64,000 bases of DNA from Candidatus Eremiobacteria bacterium. GTDB lineage: Bacteria; Vulcanimicrobiota; Vulcanimicrobiia; Vulcanimicrobiales; Vulcanimicrobiaceae. The translations under genes were made by a program, and so were the position numbers. Numbering within the stretch: position 1 is the first letter of the stretch; each line of letters starts with the position of its first letter. Location: the NCBI GenBank assembly GCA_963737065.1, contig CAVTRC010000001.1, positions 2,016,001 to 2,080,000 of the forward strand, given 5' to 3'. Below the pieces are notes generated by a model. That model was not told the DNA's origin. It was given only the letters and a program-made list of their open reading frames with translations, and made no database searches. Below, piece by piece: positions 10,758 to 22,662 of this stretch.

Positions 10758-11738
10758 GTGGACAACGCTACGTGTGCGCTCTGCAACGGTAGAACAGCGG
10801 AAGTACATAGCGCGTATCCCGGATACCGAGCGCCCGCGACGTTTGCGATTCGCCGGTGTGAGTCGTGCGACGTGTCGTTTTCCGATCCACTCCGGTCGAA
10901 CGGAGACGTGTACGAACTGATCTATGGTCAGGCAGCGCTGATTCCCGGTTATGACCGCTATGACACCTACGTGCGTCGGGTCCTCAAAGAAGACGCTCCG
11001 TTGGATTTTCTTGCAGCCTCTGAAGAACCGTACTGGGCGTTGCGCCACGCGATTGCAGCCTTTCCGCGTGGATCGAAGGTGTTGGACATCGGATCCGGCC
11101 TCGGCTATGTAACGTACGCTCTCGTGCGCGCCGGATACGATGCAATGGGATTGGATATCTCGGAAAATGCGGTACTCCGCGCGCGCGAGCGCTTCGGAGA
11201 CCACTATGTTGCTGCGGACCTGTTTGAATGGTCCCGCAAGCACGCGGAAAGGTACGATGTTGTTGTGATGTTGGAGCTGATCGAGCACGTAGAGAATCCG
11301 CGAGAATGGGTGCGGGCCGCACTTCGCATGGTGAAGCCGGGCGGCATTCTGCTTATGACGACGCCGAATAAGGCGTACTATGTTGAAGGTACGGTTTGGG
11401 AGACTGACGCTCCGCCGGTTCATCTTTGGTGGTTTTCTCCGCGTTCCATCAACCATCTGGTCGGTGATGATGCGACGTTACATTTCATCGACTTTCGTAC
11501 GTGCGAACTTGCGCCTGCGGTTGCATACAGCACATCGGTCATGTCGACTCGTCGTTCGCCGATGTTGAACGCGAATGGCGGCCCGATGTCGCCAATCCGC
11601 GTACTGTTGCATCGAATCGGCCTGCTGCCCTTGGCGAAGCTAATGTACGCGCGGCTTCACGCGCCACGCAAAAAGAACGCGCTGCATCCAGCAGGTCAAA
11701 GGGAAACGCTCGCGGTGCGCGTTAGTCGCAACCGTTGA
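10758..11738 (+). CDS. Class I SAM-dependent methyltransferase
   Basis: VLDIGSGLG, ELIEHV, PPVHL; N-terminal CxxC pairs. Confidence 0.85.
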   Translation: MDNATCALCNGRTAEVHSAYPGYRAPATFAIRRCESCDVSFSDPLRSNGDVYELIYGQAALIPGYDRYDTYVRRVLKEDAPLDFLAASEEPYWALRHAIAAFPRGSKVLDIGSGLGYVTYALVRAGYDAMGLDISENAVLRARERFGDHYVAADLFEWSRKHAERYDVVVMLELIEHVENPREWVRAALRMVKPGGILLMTTPNKAYYVEGTVWETDAPPVHLWWFSPRSINHLVGDDATLHFIDFRTCELAPAVAYSTSVMSTRRSPMLNANGGPMSPIRVLLHRIGLLPLAKLMYARLHAPRKKNALHPAGQRETLAVRVSRNR

Positions 11739-12625
11739 CGACCAAACTTGACGTCCGGGATCTCGTGCACGTCGCCTGCGATCTTTGCGTCGCCGACGAT
11801 ACCCGAACGTTGATGCGGAAGGCCGCTGCCATCTACGACCATCAGTTTGCGATCGTCCGATGCCGCCGATGTTCGCACGTATACGTTAATCCGCGTCTCA
11901 ACGATACGGCGATCGAGAATTTATACGACGAAGCGTATTATAACGGGTTGGGTTTCGATCGCACGGTGCGCTACGCGGAACGTATTGCCGATGAAAACCT
12001 TCTTTCGACGTATCGAGACGAGCTGCAAACGCTGAGCGAAGTACGCGGGGATCTTCGTGGCGCGTCCGCGCTTGACGTTGGTTGCGGATCCGGTGGACTC
12101 GTGCGCGCTCTGAGACGCGCGGGAGCCGATGCGTTTGGGTTCGATGCTTCGCCGTTTTCCAGAACCATCAGCGCCTCCTACGGCACGCCGATTGCCGCCC
12201 AGTCACTCGATGAACTGTATGGCAGCGGTCGCCAGTACGATATCGTAAGCGCGATCGAGGTTATCGAGCACACGGTTTCGCCGACTGAATTTTTGCAGTC
12301 GGTGTCGAGGCTCGTGAAACCTGGCGGCGTGCTTTTCATCGGAACAGGCAATTGGAATCTCGTGCGGCTCGTTCCGGGAACGCCGTACGTGATGCCCGAG
12401 GGTCACATCCACTACTTTACGCCGGCGACGTTGCGTGCGTTTTTTCAAAAAGTCGGCATCAGGGTGGCCGGCGCATCAACCTACACGTGGGCGGGATGGC
12501 GTTATCTCGGGTCGCGACTGCCGCTGGGCGGCCGCGCGCTCACGCGTATTCTTGGCGCTGCGATCGGCATCATCGCCCCGGGATATGGGCCGTTTCCTGT
12601 TGGCCGCGCGCGTTATTTGCGGTAG
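11735..12625 (+). CDS. Class I SAM-dependent methyltransferase
   Basis: LDVGCGSG, EVIEH, PEGHIHYF; N-terminal CxxC pairs. Confidence 0.85.
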   Translation: MTTKLDVRDLVHVACDLCVADDTRTLMRKAAAIYDHQFAIVRCRRCSHVYVNPRLNDTAIENLYDEAYYNGLGFDRTVRYAERIADENLLSTYRDELQTLSEVRGDLRGASALDVGCGSGGLVRALRRAGADAFGFDASPFSRTISASYGTPIAAQSLDELYGSGRQYDIVSAIEVIEHTVSPTEFLQSVSRLVKPGGVLFIGTGNWNLVRLVPGTPYVMPEGHIHYFTPATLRAFFQKVGIRVAGASTYTWAGWRYLGSRLPLGGRALTRILGAAIGIIAPGYGPFPVGRARYLR

Positions 12626-13086
12626 GTTTTTACTTTGCGCACGCCGGCTTGGCGCATCGCGCTTTCCACTGCGCCCGTTTCCGTATCAGAGCACTCATAG
12701 GCGACTACGACGCGGCCTTGCGCAAGCGCATCGTTGTAATTTGCGCGCTCGTCTTGCGGGATCGGAATGACGCCGATTTCCGCTTCCACGTGCGCGCTGT
12801 TGAGAAAATCGAGCCCGCTCCCGCTCCTCGAGATTCCGGGGACGCCGGTTCCTCCGCTGCCCGTCATGATGCCGCTATCATTGCGTAAGAGGCTTCCGAG
12901 ATCGTCCGTTTCGCCTGCTTCAGCCAAATGAATGAAATTCAGAAAGGACGATTCGTGTTGGCTCGTTTCGGCTTCGCGCGTTATGATTGAAAGCTTCGCT
13001 TGGTCCACGTTCGGGACATCGCCGAGGACTTTTTCGAGTTCCGAAACTTCGGTTGTCGGCACAATACCGGTAACGTAGCAGGGCAC
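12613..13086 (-). CDS. Hypothetical protein (general-stress-protein-like)
   Basis: Strong RBS GGAGGAG before GTG; GGTGVPG motif; YNDALAQGRVVV. Confidence 0.7.
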   Translation of the reverse strand: MPCYVTGIVPTTEVSELEKVLGDVPNVDQAKLSIITREAETSQHESSFLNFIHLAEAGETDDLGSLLRNDSGIMTGSGGTGVPGISRSGSGLDFLNSAHVEAEIGVIPIPQDERANYNDALAQGRVVVAYECSDTETGAVESAMRQAGVRKVKTYRK

Positions 13087-13110
13087 GATGTTACTCCTCC
13101 GGCAAGCCTT

Positions 13111-14331
13111 TTATCGTTTGAATTCGCGTACTGCGGCAGCTAGGCGCAGGATGCCTTCTTCAATTTTCTCTTCGGAAGCGTTCGAGAAATTCAAGCGCAT
13201 GCCGTCGTGCACGTCGCGTCCGGGGTAGAAGCTCACGCCCGGAACGAAGACGACCTTTTCCTGTGCGGAGACCCGAAGCAACGCTTCGGTATCAACGCCG
13301 TCCACACTGGCCCAGAGAAACATGCCGCCGTCGGGCCGGTTGAAGTGCACGCCCGGCGGCATCGATGCGGCCAACGCGCTCACCATCACGTCTCGGCGGT
13401 AAGCGTAGGTTTGAACGATCTGGTCCACGTGGGCTTCGAATGCATCGTGTTTGCTTGCATAGCGGTGAAACACGTATTGAGCGAGCGAGCCGGTCTGCAG
13501 ATCCGTGCCTTGCTTTGCAAGCGCGATTTTGTCGCGCACTTCGTGATCGGGAATCGCGAGCCACGCGACGCGCATGCCGGGCGCCATGATTTTACTTCCG
13601 GTCCCGACGTAGATCACGCACCCGGTTTTCGCGAGTGAAATGAGCGACGGAAGGTCGTTGCCTTCGAAGCGCAACTCACCGTACGGGTCGTCCTCGACGA
13701 TCGGCAGATCGAACTCTTCGCAGAGTCGCACGATCGTTTCCCGCCGGTCCGCCGAAAGCGTACGGCCTGTCGGGTTTTGAAAGTTCGGAACGAGATAGAG
13801 AAACTTCGGAAAGGGATCGGCGCGTTCCAGTACTCGCTCCAGTGACGCCGGAATGATGCCGTCTTCATCGGTGTCCACGGTCAAATAGCGCGCCTGATAC
13901 GCATCGAAGGCTTGAATAGCGCCGAGATACGACGGGTTTTCGAGGACGACGTGATCGCCCGGGTCCACGAAGATTTTTCCGATGAGGTCGAGGCCTTGTT
14001 GCGAACCGTTGACGATGAGAATCTCGGCCGGATCGAACAGTTTCGTCAACCGTTTGGAAAGCCGGTCCGCAACCCACGTTCGCATCTCGGGAATGCCTTC
14101 GGTGACGCCGTACTGAAGCGCGGCCGCGCCGTATTCATCCATCACTTCGGCGGTGCATTGCGCGATTGCGGTCGTCGGAAAAAGCTCGGGTGCCGGCAAC
14201 CCGCCGCCGAACGAAATCACATCGGGTTGTTGAGTGACCTTGAGCATCTCGCGGATCGTAGAGGCGCGCAAGCGAGCCGTGCGTTCGGCGAATTTCGCCG
14301 CGCGAGATACCGTCGTCATAGTTTGGACCAC
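13111..14331 (-). CDS. PLP-dependent aminotransferase class I/II (LysN-like)
   Basis: ISFGGGLP, PNFQNPTG, EDDPYGEL, GSKIMAPGMR. Confidence 0.9.
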   Translation of the reverse strand: MVQTMTTVSRAAKFAERTARLRASTIREMLKVTQQPDVISFGGGLPAPELFPTTAIAQCTAEVMDEYGAAALQYGVTEGIPEMRTWVADRLSKRLTKLFDPAEILIVNGSQQGLDLIGKIFVDPGDHVVLENPSYLGAIQAFDAYQARYLTVDTDEDGIIPASLERVLERADPFPKFLYLVPNFQNPTGRTLSADRRETIVRLCEEFDLPIVEDDPYGELRFEGNDLPSLISLAKTGCVIYVGTGSKIMAPGMRVAWLAIPDHEVRDKIALAKQGTDLQTGSLAQYVFHRYASKHDAFEAHVDQIVQTYAYRRDVMVSALAASMPPGVHFNRPDGGMFLWASVDGVDTEALLRVSAQEKVVFVPGVSFYPGRDVHDGMRLNFSNASEEKIEEGILRLAAAVREFKR

Positions 14332-14333
14332 TA

Positions 14334-15200
14334 TTAGCCGACGGGCATCGGCGGTCCGCCTATCGTCGGCCGCGGCGGGACGGGCCCCGCCGGTACCGCG
14401 GGCTCCGGCACGAACGTGAGCAGTACCGCGCCCAACCCAACGAGCGCCGTGAGCAGTGTTACGAGCACGCCGACGATCGGAACCAATTGCGCCGCGGTGA
14501 GGAGCGTCAACCCGAGGACGAGCGCAACCAGCGGCGACGGCGTTGCGTTGGGCGAGAGTAATTCATAGAAGCGCCGGCCGACGAGTAGCGCCAGCGCCGC
14601 CGTCCCGATGAACACCGATCCTGCGAGCAAGACGAACTCGACGAAAATCAATGGGATCAAGACGACCGTAATCGCGAGCAGCACGGCAAGCGGAACGACC
14701 GCGACCCACCCGAAAAGCCCTGCGCCGGTTGCCATCGCCGGATGCTGTTCCAGCCGCCCGACCGCCATGCGCGTGCGCAGCGGGAAGATCAAGAAGAAGA
14801 GCAAGACGACGACATCCCATGCGATGCGCCACCACATGCGATGATGCGGTGCATACGGAGACGACTGCACGACGGCGCTGCTATCCGCCCACGGAACGAT
14901 CGCCTGTGCGACGTCGCCGCCGACGACATGTTCCTGGCCGTTGATTTGGCCGCCCCGCATAATGATGTTGCCGCCGACGACGTTGACGTCGCCGTCGACC
15001 GTCCCGGCCACGGTGAGATCGCCGCCGACGACGTTGATATCGCCTTCGACGACTTGCCCCGGTTCTACAACGTAACTGCCTCCGAAGTACGAACCGCCGT
15101 GGTAGATGCTTCGCAGCGCAGCTTCCGCGCTCGCCGTCGCGAACGTTACTACAAAGAACGCGGCAAGAAGCGAGACGATAAACAGATGCGTTCTTTTCAT
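14334..15200 (-). CDS. Membrane protein with bactofilin-like beta-helix repeats (ECF operon partner)
   Basis: Signal peptide, repeated GDxNVVGG units, then 4-5 TM helices. Confidence 0.75.
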   Translation of the reverse strand: MKRTHLFIVSLLAAFFVVTFATASAEAALRSIYHGGSYFGGSYVVEPGQVVEGDINVVGGDLTVAGTVDGDVNVVGGNIIMRGGQINGQEHVVGGDVAQAIVPWADSSAVVQSSPYAPHHRMWWRIAWDVVVLLFFLIFPLRTRMAVGRLEQHPAMATGAGLFGWVAVVPLAVLLAITVVLIPLIFVEFVLLAGSVFIGTAALALLVGRRFYELLSPNATPSPLVALVLGLTLLTAAQLVPIVGVLVTLLTALVGLGAVLLTFVPEPAVPAGPVPPRPTIGGPPMPVG

Positions 15201-15748
15201 GGGGCCTCCGAAGGTGCGAGCGCCGCGGCCAAGCGCGGGCGTATGGATCGATGGAAGAAGATGAGCGCGCCGGCGAGCAATACGTCGACGAACAAAACGA
15301 AGCTCACGACGCCTACGACGACCGGCGCAGCGGGACCAACACCGTGTGCGATCCCCATCACGGCGGCGAAGAGATCAACCGTGCTCGACGAAGCCGCTGC
15401 AAATACATGTTGAATGAACGAAGCGCGCGGGCCGAGCAATGCGAATGTGCCGCTGAGCGCAATCCATGCGGCGACGAGATAGAACAGGAGTAAGGACCAT
15501 ACCGACAAGCGCCGCTCGATGGCGACCGGCATCGTGCGCACTTCAGCCATCACCGCAAACGCGAAGTTCGCCGGGAGATCGGCGTTCTTCGTCGTTGCCA
15601 TCAACGCGTCGACGACCCGCAATTCATTGACGAGTGCCGCGCACGCAGCACACGTTTTCAGGTGTGCGGAAACCGCCGCCATCTGGCGAGCGGGGAGCGT
15701 CGCTTCGACGTAGCGGTCGAGGAGCATCTCACACAAGGAGCAGCGCAC
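15197..15748 (-). CDS. Zinc-binding (zf-HC2) anti-sigma factor
   Basis: HLKTCAAC motif plus TM helices, downstream of ECF sigma. Confidence 0.85.
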   Translation of the reverse strand: MRCSLCEMLLDRYVEATLPARQMAAVSAHLKTCAACAALVNELRVVDALMATTKNADLPANFAFAVMAEVRTMPVAIERRLSVWSLLLFYLVAAWIALSGTFALLGPRASFIQHVFAAASSSTVDLFAAVMGIAHGVGPAAPVVVGVVSFVLFVDVLLAGALIFFHRSIRPRLAAALAPSEAP

Positions 15749-16361
15749 GATGCCCTCCCCGGTCCTTGAACGTCGCTTGCGCTCGTTCTTCGCGCTCCTG
15801 CATCTTTTTGGCGAGTGCGATTTTACCGCGGTGGATCAAGGTCTTGACATTGCCGAGCGAAAGCCCGAGCGTGCTCGCGATCGTGTGGTATTCCATGTTG
15901 TCGAAGTATCGAAGTGCCAAGACCGTCCTCGTCCGTTCCGGAAGCTCCGCGAGTGCTTCGCGCAGTTCGCGCTCGGCTTCACGGCGTAGGATCCCACCGG
16001 CGGGATCCGATTCTTCAGCGGGATCCGGGAGTGCGTTCTCGAGCGTTTGTTCCTCCGGCAGCTCCTGAGTTTGCGGCCGCCGAAGCGACTTGCCCAGGTG
16101 CGTGCGAACCACGTTGCGCGCGATTTGGTAGATCCAGGTCGAGAATCTACCGAGTTGCGGGTTGAACGTGCCTAAGTGCGCATACGCCCGCAAGAACGTC
16201 TCCTGCGAGAGGTCCGACACATCCGCTGAGCTTCGAACGCTTGCTCCGATGAAGTTTGCGATGCCGCGCTTGTACCGGTCCACCAGCTCGGCGAAGATTT
16301 CCGTTTCGCCGTCGCGGATGCGCCGGACGAGAGCTTCGTCGCTCTGAGCGTCGATGGCCAT
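15729..16361 (-). CDS. ECF RNA polymerase sigma factor (SigW/RpoE-like)
   Basis: DLSQETFLRAY, FSTWIYQIARN, GNVKTLIHRGK. Confidence 0.92.
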   Translation of the reverse strand: MAIDAQSDEALVRRIRDGETEIFAELVDRYKRGIANFIGASVRSSADVSDLSQETFLRAYAHLGTFNPQLGRFSTWIYQIARNVVRTHLGKSLRRPQTQELPEEQTLENALPDPAEESDPAGGILRREAERELREALAELPERTRTVLALRYFDNMEYHTIASTLGLSLGNVKTLIHRGKIALAKKMQEREERAQATFKDRGGHRALLLV

Positions 16362-16525
16362 CCCTCTCGTTTCTCGTGTCCCTCTGGCACGTGGTACTAA
16401 AGGCATCCGGGTTTGTTACAGGCAGCGACGGTCCATGGCGTTCGAGCTCGGACGGCCGTACGGGCAACCGGCACTCGAAAACGTGTAACGGAAGGCGCCG
16501 CGAACGCGTCGTAGAGTGCTTCGCC

Positions 16526-17785
16526 ATGGCAGCGCACGACACCGCGGGTCGCTTCATACCGCGCTCGATCATAAACGCCGGTGCGATCGTATTCGCGGCC
16601 AGTATGCTGCTCAGCGTCGGTGGCTTCGTATTCCATGCGATCGCGAGCCGCCGCTTGAGCGTCGCCGAATACGGCGTGTTGTACGCCTTGATCTCCGTCT
16701 ACAGTTTGGCCGGTATGCCGGTTGCGCCGTTTACGACGGTCATTGCGAAATATGCGGCGGAGTTTCGCGCGCTACATGACGATTCGCACGTCCGTGGCCT
16801 GATCGACTTCATCGTGCGCTTATCGCTACTGTGTGGCGCCGTATACGTAGCTGCCGGCGTTGTTCTTGCGATTCCGCTCGGAGCGTTTCTTCACGTGCCA
16901 GCGTGGCAGCTTCCGCTTGTCGGCATCATGTCGGCAATCGGCGTCTTCGTGGGCGCGATGCGTGCGGTCGGTCAGGGTTTGCAAGACTACACGAACTACG
17001 GCGTCTCGCTCGCGGGCGAAGGGATCACGAAGGTTACCGTCATCGCCATTCTCAGTCTGGCCGGCTTGACCGTGATAGGCGGTATCGGGGCGTTTGTGGT
17101 CGGTATGATGGCCGGAGCGCTCATGATCGCGACGCCGATTGCGCGTCGCTATCGCACCGTCGTCGGCACCTCCGTCAAGCTCGACTGGAAGCGCATTCTC
17201 GCGACGAGCGCCGGCGCCGTGTCGCTGACGATTACAATGACCGTGATCGGCTTCGGCGACGTCGTTCTCGTCAAACATTACTTTCCATCGCACGATGCGG
17301 GCTTGTACTCTATTGCATCACTCTGCGGAAAAGTGCTGTTCTACTTTGTCGGCTTCGTTCCGACCGTCTTGATTCCGCAAGCGACGCATCGTCACGCCCT
17401 CGGCGAGCGAACACGCGGCCAACTCTGGCTCGCGCTCGGATTCGTCGCCGCGGTTGCCGCCATCGGCGTGCTGTTGTATCACGCTGCCGGCAGTGTGCTG
17501 CTCCACGCGCTCGCAGGCCATAACTACGATGCGGCCTTGCCGTTACTTCCGATCTACGCTTCGGCGATGGCGCTCCTTGCTATGACGACCACGATCTGTT
17601 CGTATGGGATCGCGACCCACCGGCTGGGCTTTGCTGCACCATTGTTTGTGGCGACGATCGCGACGCTAGTATTCATCGCGGCGGTTCATCCGTCGATGCA
17701 CGCGGTCGTCTTCGAACTGATGGTTGGCAACGTCGTTATGTTGTTTGCGACGGCGCTGCCCGTTGCGCTCCAAGCTCGTCGTTGA
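16526..17785 (+). CDS. Polysaccharide flippase (Wzx/MOP family)
   Basis: About 12 TM helices; SRRLSVAEYG and AGLYSIA motifs; glycan-cluster context. Confidence 0.8.
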   Translation: MAAHDTAGRFIPRSIINAGAIVFAASMLLSVGGFVFHAIASRRLSVAEYGVLYALISVYSLAGMPVAPFTTVIAKYAAEFRALHDDSHVRGLIDFIVRLSLLCGAVYVAAGVVLAIPLGAFLHVPAWQLPLVGIMSAIGVFVGAMRAVGQGLQDYTNYGVSLAGEGITKVTVIAILSLAGLTVIGGIGAFVVGMMAGALMIATPIARRYRTVVGTSVKLDWKRILATSAGAVSLTITMTVIGFGDVVLVKHYFPSHDAGLYSIASLCGKVLFYFVGFVPTVLIPQATHRHALGERTRGQLWLALGFVAAVAAIGVLLYHAAGSVLLHALAGHNYDAALPLLPIYASAMALLAMTTTICSYGIATHRLGFAAPLFVATIATLVFIAAVHPSMHAVVFELMVGNVVMLFATALPVALQARR

Positions 17786-17792
17786 ACCGCGC

Positions 17793-18671
17793 ATGAAGGT
17801 TTTGCTGATCGGGGGCTCCGGACAACTCGGGTGTGAAATACGCTCTCGTTGGAAATCCGACGTAATCGTCGCGCCGTCGCACGATGAATTGGATGTTGCC
17901 GATGGTGAGGCGGCGCCTCGATGGATCGCAAACGTCGGCGCGGATATCGTCGTTAATTGTGCCGCGTTTCACAATGTCGACCGGTGCGAATCGGAAGTGC
18001 AGGAGGCGTTCGGCATCAACGCGATCGCCGTCGATCGTTGGGCGCGCGCGTGCGCCGGCGCGGGCGCTGCGTTCCTTACGATCAGCACCGATTACGTCTT
18101 CGACGGCGAGAGCGATCAGCCGTACACGGAAGAAGACTGCGACCGTCCGATCTCGGTATACGGCGCATCCAAACGTGCCGGCGAATCGCTCGTGCTGCGA
18201 CGCCGCATGAATGCGTTCATCGTCCGTACGTGCGGGGTCTACGGATTGTCCGCATCGCAATCGAAGGGTACGTTCATCGATCGGATCATCAGTCAAGCGC
18301 GTGCGGGCGACGATATCCGCGTCGTGGATGACGTCGTCGGGTCGCCGACGTACGCCGGGCACCTTGCCGAAGCGCTCCGCGTCCTGGTCGATACGAAGCG
18401 GTATGGGCTCTACCACGCGTGCAACGTCGGCCCGGTATCGTGGTTCGCGTTCGCAACGCGCGCGCTCGAATTTGCCGGAATCGATCGTCCGATCGAGCCG
18501 ATCAGCGGGCGAGATTGGAGGGCGCCGGCGCGCCGGCCGGCGTTTTCCGCGCTCGCGAACACGCGGCTCGAGCGCTTGGGAATTCGAATGCCGAGCTGGG
18601 ATGAAGGCATCGCAGCCTACCTGCGCGACAAGGGCATATTAAGGAAAACCGGCTCACCGCCCGTAAGATAG
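17793..18671 (+). CDS. rfbD: dTDP-4-dehydrorhamnose reductase, second paralog
   Basis: GGSGQLG, STDYVFDG, YGASK, ARRPAFS. Confidence 0.9.
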   Translation: MKVLLIGGSGQLGCEIRSRWKSDVIVAPSHDELDVADGEAAPRWIANVGADIVVNCAAFHNVDRCESEVQEAFGINAIAVDRWARACAGAGAAFLTISTDYVFDGESDQPYTEEDCDRPISVYGASKRAGESLVLRRRMNAFIVRTCGVYGLSASQSKGTFIDRIISQARAGDDIRVVDDVVGSPTYAGHLAEALRVLVDTKRYGLYHACNVGPVSWFAFATRALEFAGIDRPIEPISGRDWRAPARRPAFSALANTRLERLGIRMPSWDEGIAAYLRDKGILRKTGSPPVR

Positions 18672-18677
18672 CGGGCT

Positions 18678-20243
18678 ATGGAACTCCGTCTCGACTCGGC
18701 CATCGTGCACCGGTGCCGCGAACTCGCTGCGTCGATCGCCGATCCCGTCAGCTCGTTTATCGCCGGCCATTCGACCGTCGCCGTCGAACGCTCGGTCCTT
18801 CGTTTGCTCGGCGTCGACGGCGTTGCTGCCGACGAAGTCCCGATTCCGAACGCAATCGTCGACAGCCTTACGGTCGACGAACGAAGCGATGGCGTCGCGA
18901 TCGCGTTCGGTCGCGCATTGGCCGAGACGGGGCTCGATCCGCGAACTCTCGGCGATCGCCTCGCTTCGGGTGCGCTTCGGCTGAGCGAGTTTTCGAACGT
19001 GCCCGGCGGCGCGGCGCGCGGGGCGCTTGGGCCGTATGTCGAGGCCGCACTGCAACGAATCCGCGCCCGGCGCGGCGAGCGGGAAGAACGGATGGCGCGA
19101 TTGCCGCAGCTGCCGCCGCCCTTGCTCTACGTGATCGTCGCGAGCGGCAATATATATGAAGATCGAACGGCGGCCGTCGCCGCGGTCGAAGCCGGCGCGC
19201 AGATCATCGCGGTGATCCGTTCCACCGGGCAGTCGTTGTTGGATTTCGTGCCGTACGGACCGACGACGGAAGGATTCGGCGGCACGTATGCCACGCAGGC
19301 GAACTTTAAGATCATGCGCGAGGCACTCGACGGCATTTCCGAGCGCGAAGGCCGCTACGTCATGCTCACCAACTATGCGAGCGGACTTTGCATGCCGGAG
19401 ATCGCCACGATGGCGGCCGTGGAACGGCTCGACATGCTCCTCAACGATTCGATGTACGGCATTCTTTTCCGCGACATCAACATGAAACGTACCTTCATCG
19501 ATCAGCACTTCAGCCGCATGTTGAACGCGCACTCCGGCATCATCATCAACACCGGTGAAGATAACTATCTGACGACGGCCGATGCGGTGGAACAAGCGCC
19601 CGCGGTCCTTGCGTCCCAGTTCATCAACGAAGAGTTCGCGCACCGCGCCGGCATGCCCGACGAACAAATCGGCCTCGGTGATGCGTACGAGATCAATCCC
19701 GATGTACAAGACGGTTTGCTGTATCAGGTTGCGCAAGCGCAGCTCGCGCGCCAGATCTTCCCAAAGGCTCCCTTGAAATACATGCCGCCGACGAAACATA
19801 TGACCGGCGATATTTTCAAAGGGCATCTGATCGACGCGATGTTCAACCTGACATCCGTGATGACGAAACAGACGATTCACCTGTGCGGGATGCTAACGGA
19901 AGCAATTCACACGCCGTTCATCGGCGACCGTACGCTTTCGATCGAAAATGCGCAGTACATCATGAACACCGCGCGTCACTTCGGCGATGAAATCACGTTC
20001 AAGCCGGACGGCATCATCGAACGTCGCGCGCAAGCCGTGCTCTCCGATTGCGAGTCGCTGCTGCATCGCGTCGCCGATATGGGGTTGATGAACGCGATCC
20101 AGGCAGCCGTGTTCGCGGACGTGTCGCGATCGCCCGACGGCGGCCGCGGGTTCGAAGGCGTATTCGAACGCAGCGAGCGCTATTGGAATCCGTTCGAAGA
20201 CGCCTTGTCGCAGACGCCGGTCCGGGACACGGTGACCGCATGA
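18678..20243 (+). CDS. kamD: D-lysine 5,6-aminomutase alpha subunit
   Basis: YVIVASGNIYED, TTEGFGGTYATQ, NYASGLCMPEIA, INTGEDNYLTTADA. Confidence 0.95.
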   Translation: MELRLDSAIVHRCRELAASIADPVSSFIAGHSTVAVERSVLRLLGVDGVAADEVPIPNAIVDSLTVDERSDGVAIAFGRALAETGLDPRTLGDRLASGALRLSEFSNVPGGAARGALGPYVEAALQRIRARRGEREERMARLPQLPPPLLYVIVASGNIYEDRTAAVAAVEAGAQIIAVIRSTGQSLLDFVPYGPTTEGFGGTYATQANFKIMREALDGISEREGRYVMLTNYASGLCMPEIATMAAVERLDMLLNDSMYGILFRDINMKRTFIDQHFSRMLNAHSGIIINTGEDNYLTTADAVEQAPAVLASQFINEEFAHRAGMPDEQIGLGDAYEINPDVQDGLLYQVAQAQLARQIFPKAPLKYMPPTKHMTGDIFKGHLIDAMFNLTSVMTKQTIHLCGMLTEAIHTPFIGDRTLSIENAQYIMNTARHFGDEITFKPDGIIERRAQAVLSDCESLLHRVADMGLMNAIQAAVFADVSRSPDGGRGFEGVFERSERYWNPFEDALSQTPVRDTVTA

Positions 20244-20986
20244 CCGGCATTGTGAAGCCGTACGGTGACACGATGAACGACGGCAAAGTGCAACTGTCGT
20301 TCACGTTGCCGGTGGAGTGGAATGAAGCGGCGGACGAAGCGGCGCGTCAGCTCGCGACGAAAATGGGATTCGCCGACGCGCAAGTCGTAGAGGGGCGTAA
20401 GATCGCAACCGGCTTCTCGTTCTTCGTCGTGTACGCAAGCACGGCGCAAGGCGTCGACTTCTCGACGATCAAGGCACCGTCGGCCAAGACGCACGAGATG
20501 TCGATGGAAGAGATCGATGCGTTCGTGCACGATCGGATCGGCCGCAAGATTCGCATCGCGGGCGCATGCATCGGAACCGACGCGCACACCGTCGGCATCG
20601 ATGCCATTCTGAACATGAAGGGCTACAAGGGCGACTACGGGCTCGAGCGTTATCATTCGTTCGAAACGTTCAATCTCGGCAGTCAAGTGGCGGTTGAAGA
20701 GTTCGTGAAGTTCGCCAAGGAACACGCCGTCGATGCGCTGCTCGCCTCGCAAGTGGTCACGCAAAAAGGCAGCGACATCAAGAATTTCACGGCGCTCGCG
20801 GAACTGCTCGAAGCGGAGCGATTGCGCGATAAGGTGATACTGATCTGCGGCGGACCGCGCGTCACGAATTTAATGGCGAGCGAACTCGGATACGACGCAG
20901 GCTTCGGACGCGGAACCGTCCCGAGCGAAGTTGCGGCATTCGTGGCGACGACGCTTGCGGGACGGGTGACGGCTGGTAGCCAATAA
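20240..20986 (+). CDS. kamE: D-lysine 5,6-aminomutase beta subunit (B12/PLP)
   Basis: VKPYGDTMNDGKVQLSFTLP; DAHTVGIDAILNMKGY (B12 DxHxxG motif and PLP Lys). Confidence 0.95.
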   Translation: MTGIVKPYGDTMNDGKVQLSFTLPVEWNEAADEAARQLATKMGFADAQVVEGRKIATGFSFFVVYASTAQGVDFSTIKAPSAKTHEMSMEEIDAFVHDRIGRKIRIAGACIGTDAHTVGIDAILNMKGYKGDYGLERYHSFETFNLGSQVAVEEFVKFAKEHAVDALLASQVVTQKGSDIKNFTALAELLEAERLRDKVILICGGPRVTNLMASELGYDAGFGRGTVPSEVAAFVATTLAGRVTAGSQ

Positions 20987-20995
20987 CGTCGCACC

Positions 20996-22658
<1,663 letters not shown>

Positions 22659-22662
22659 CTCG

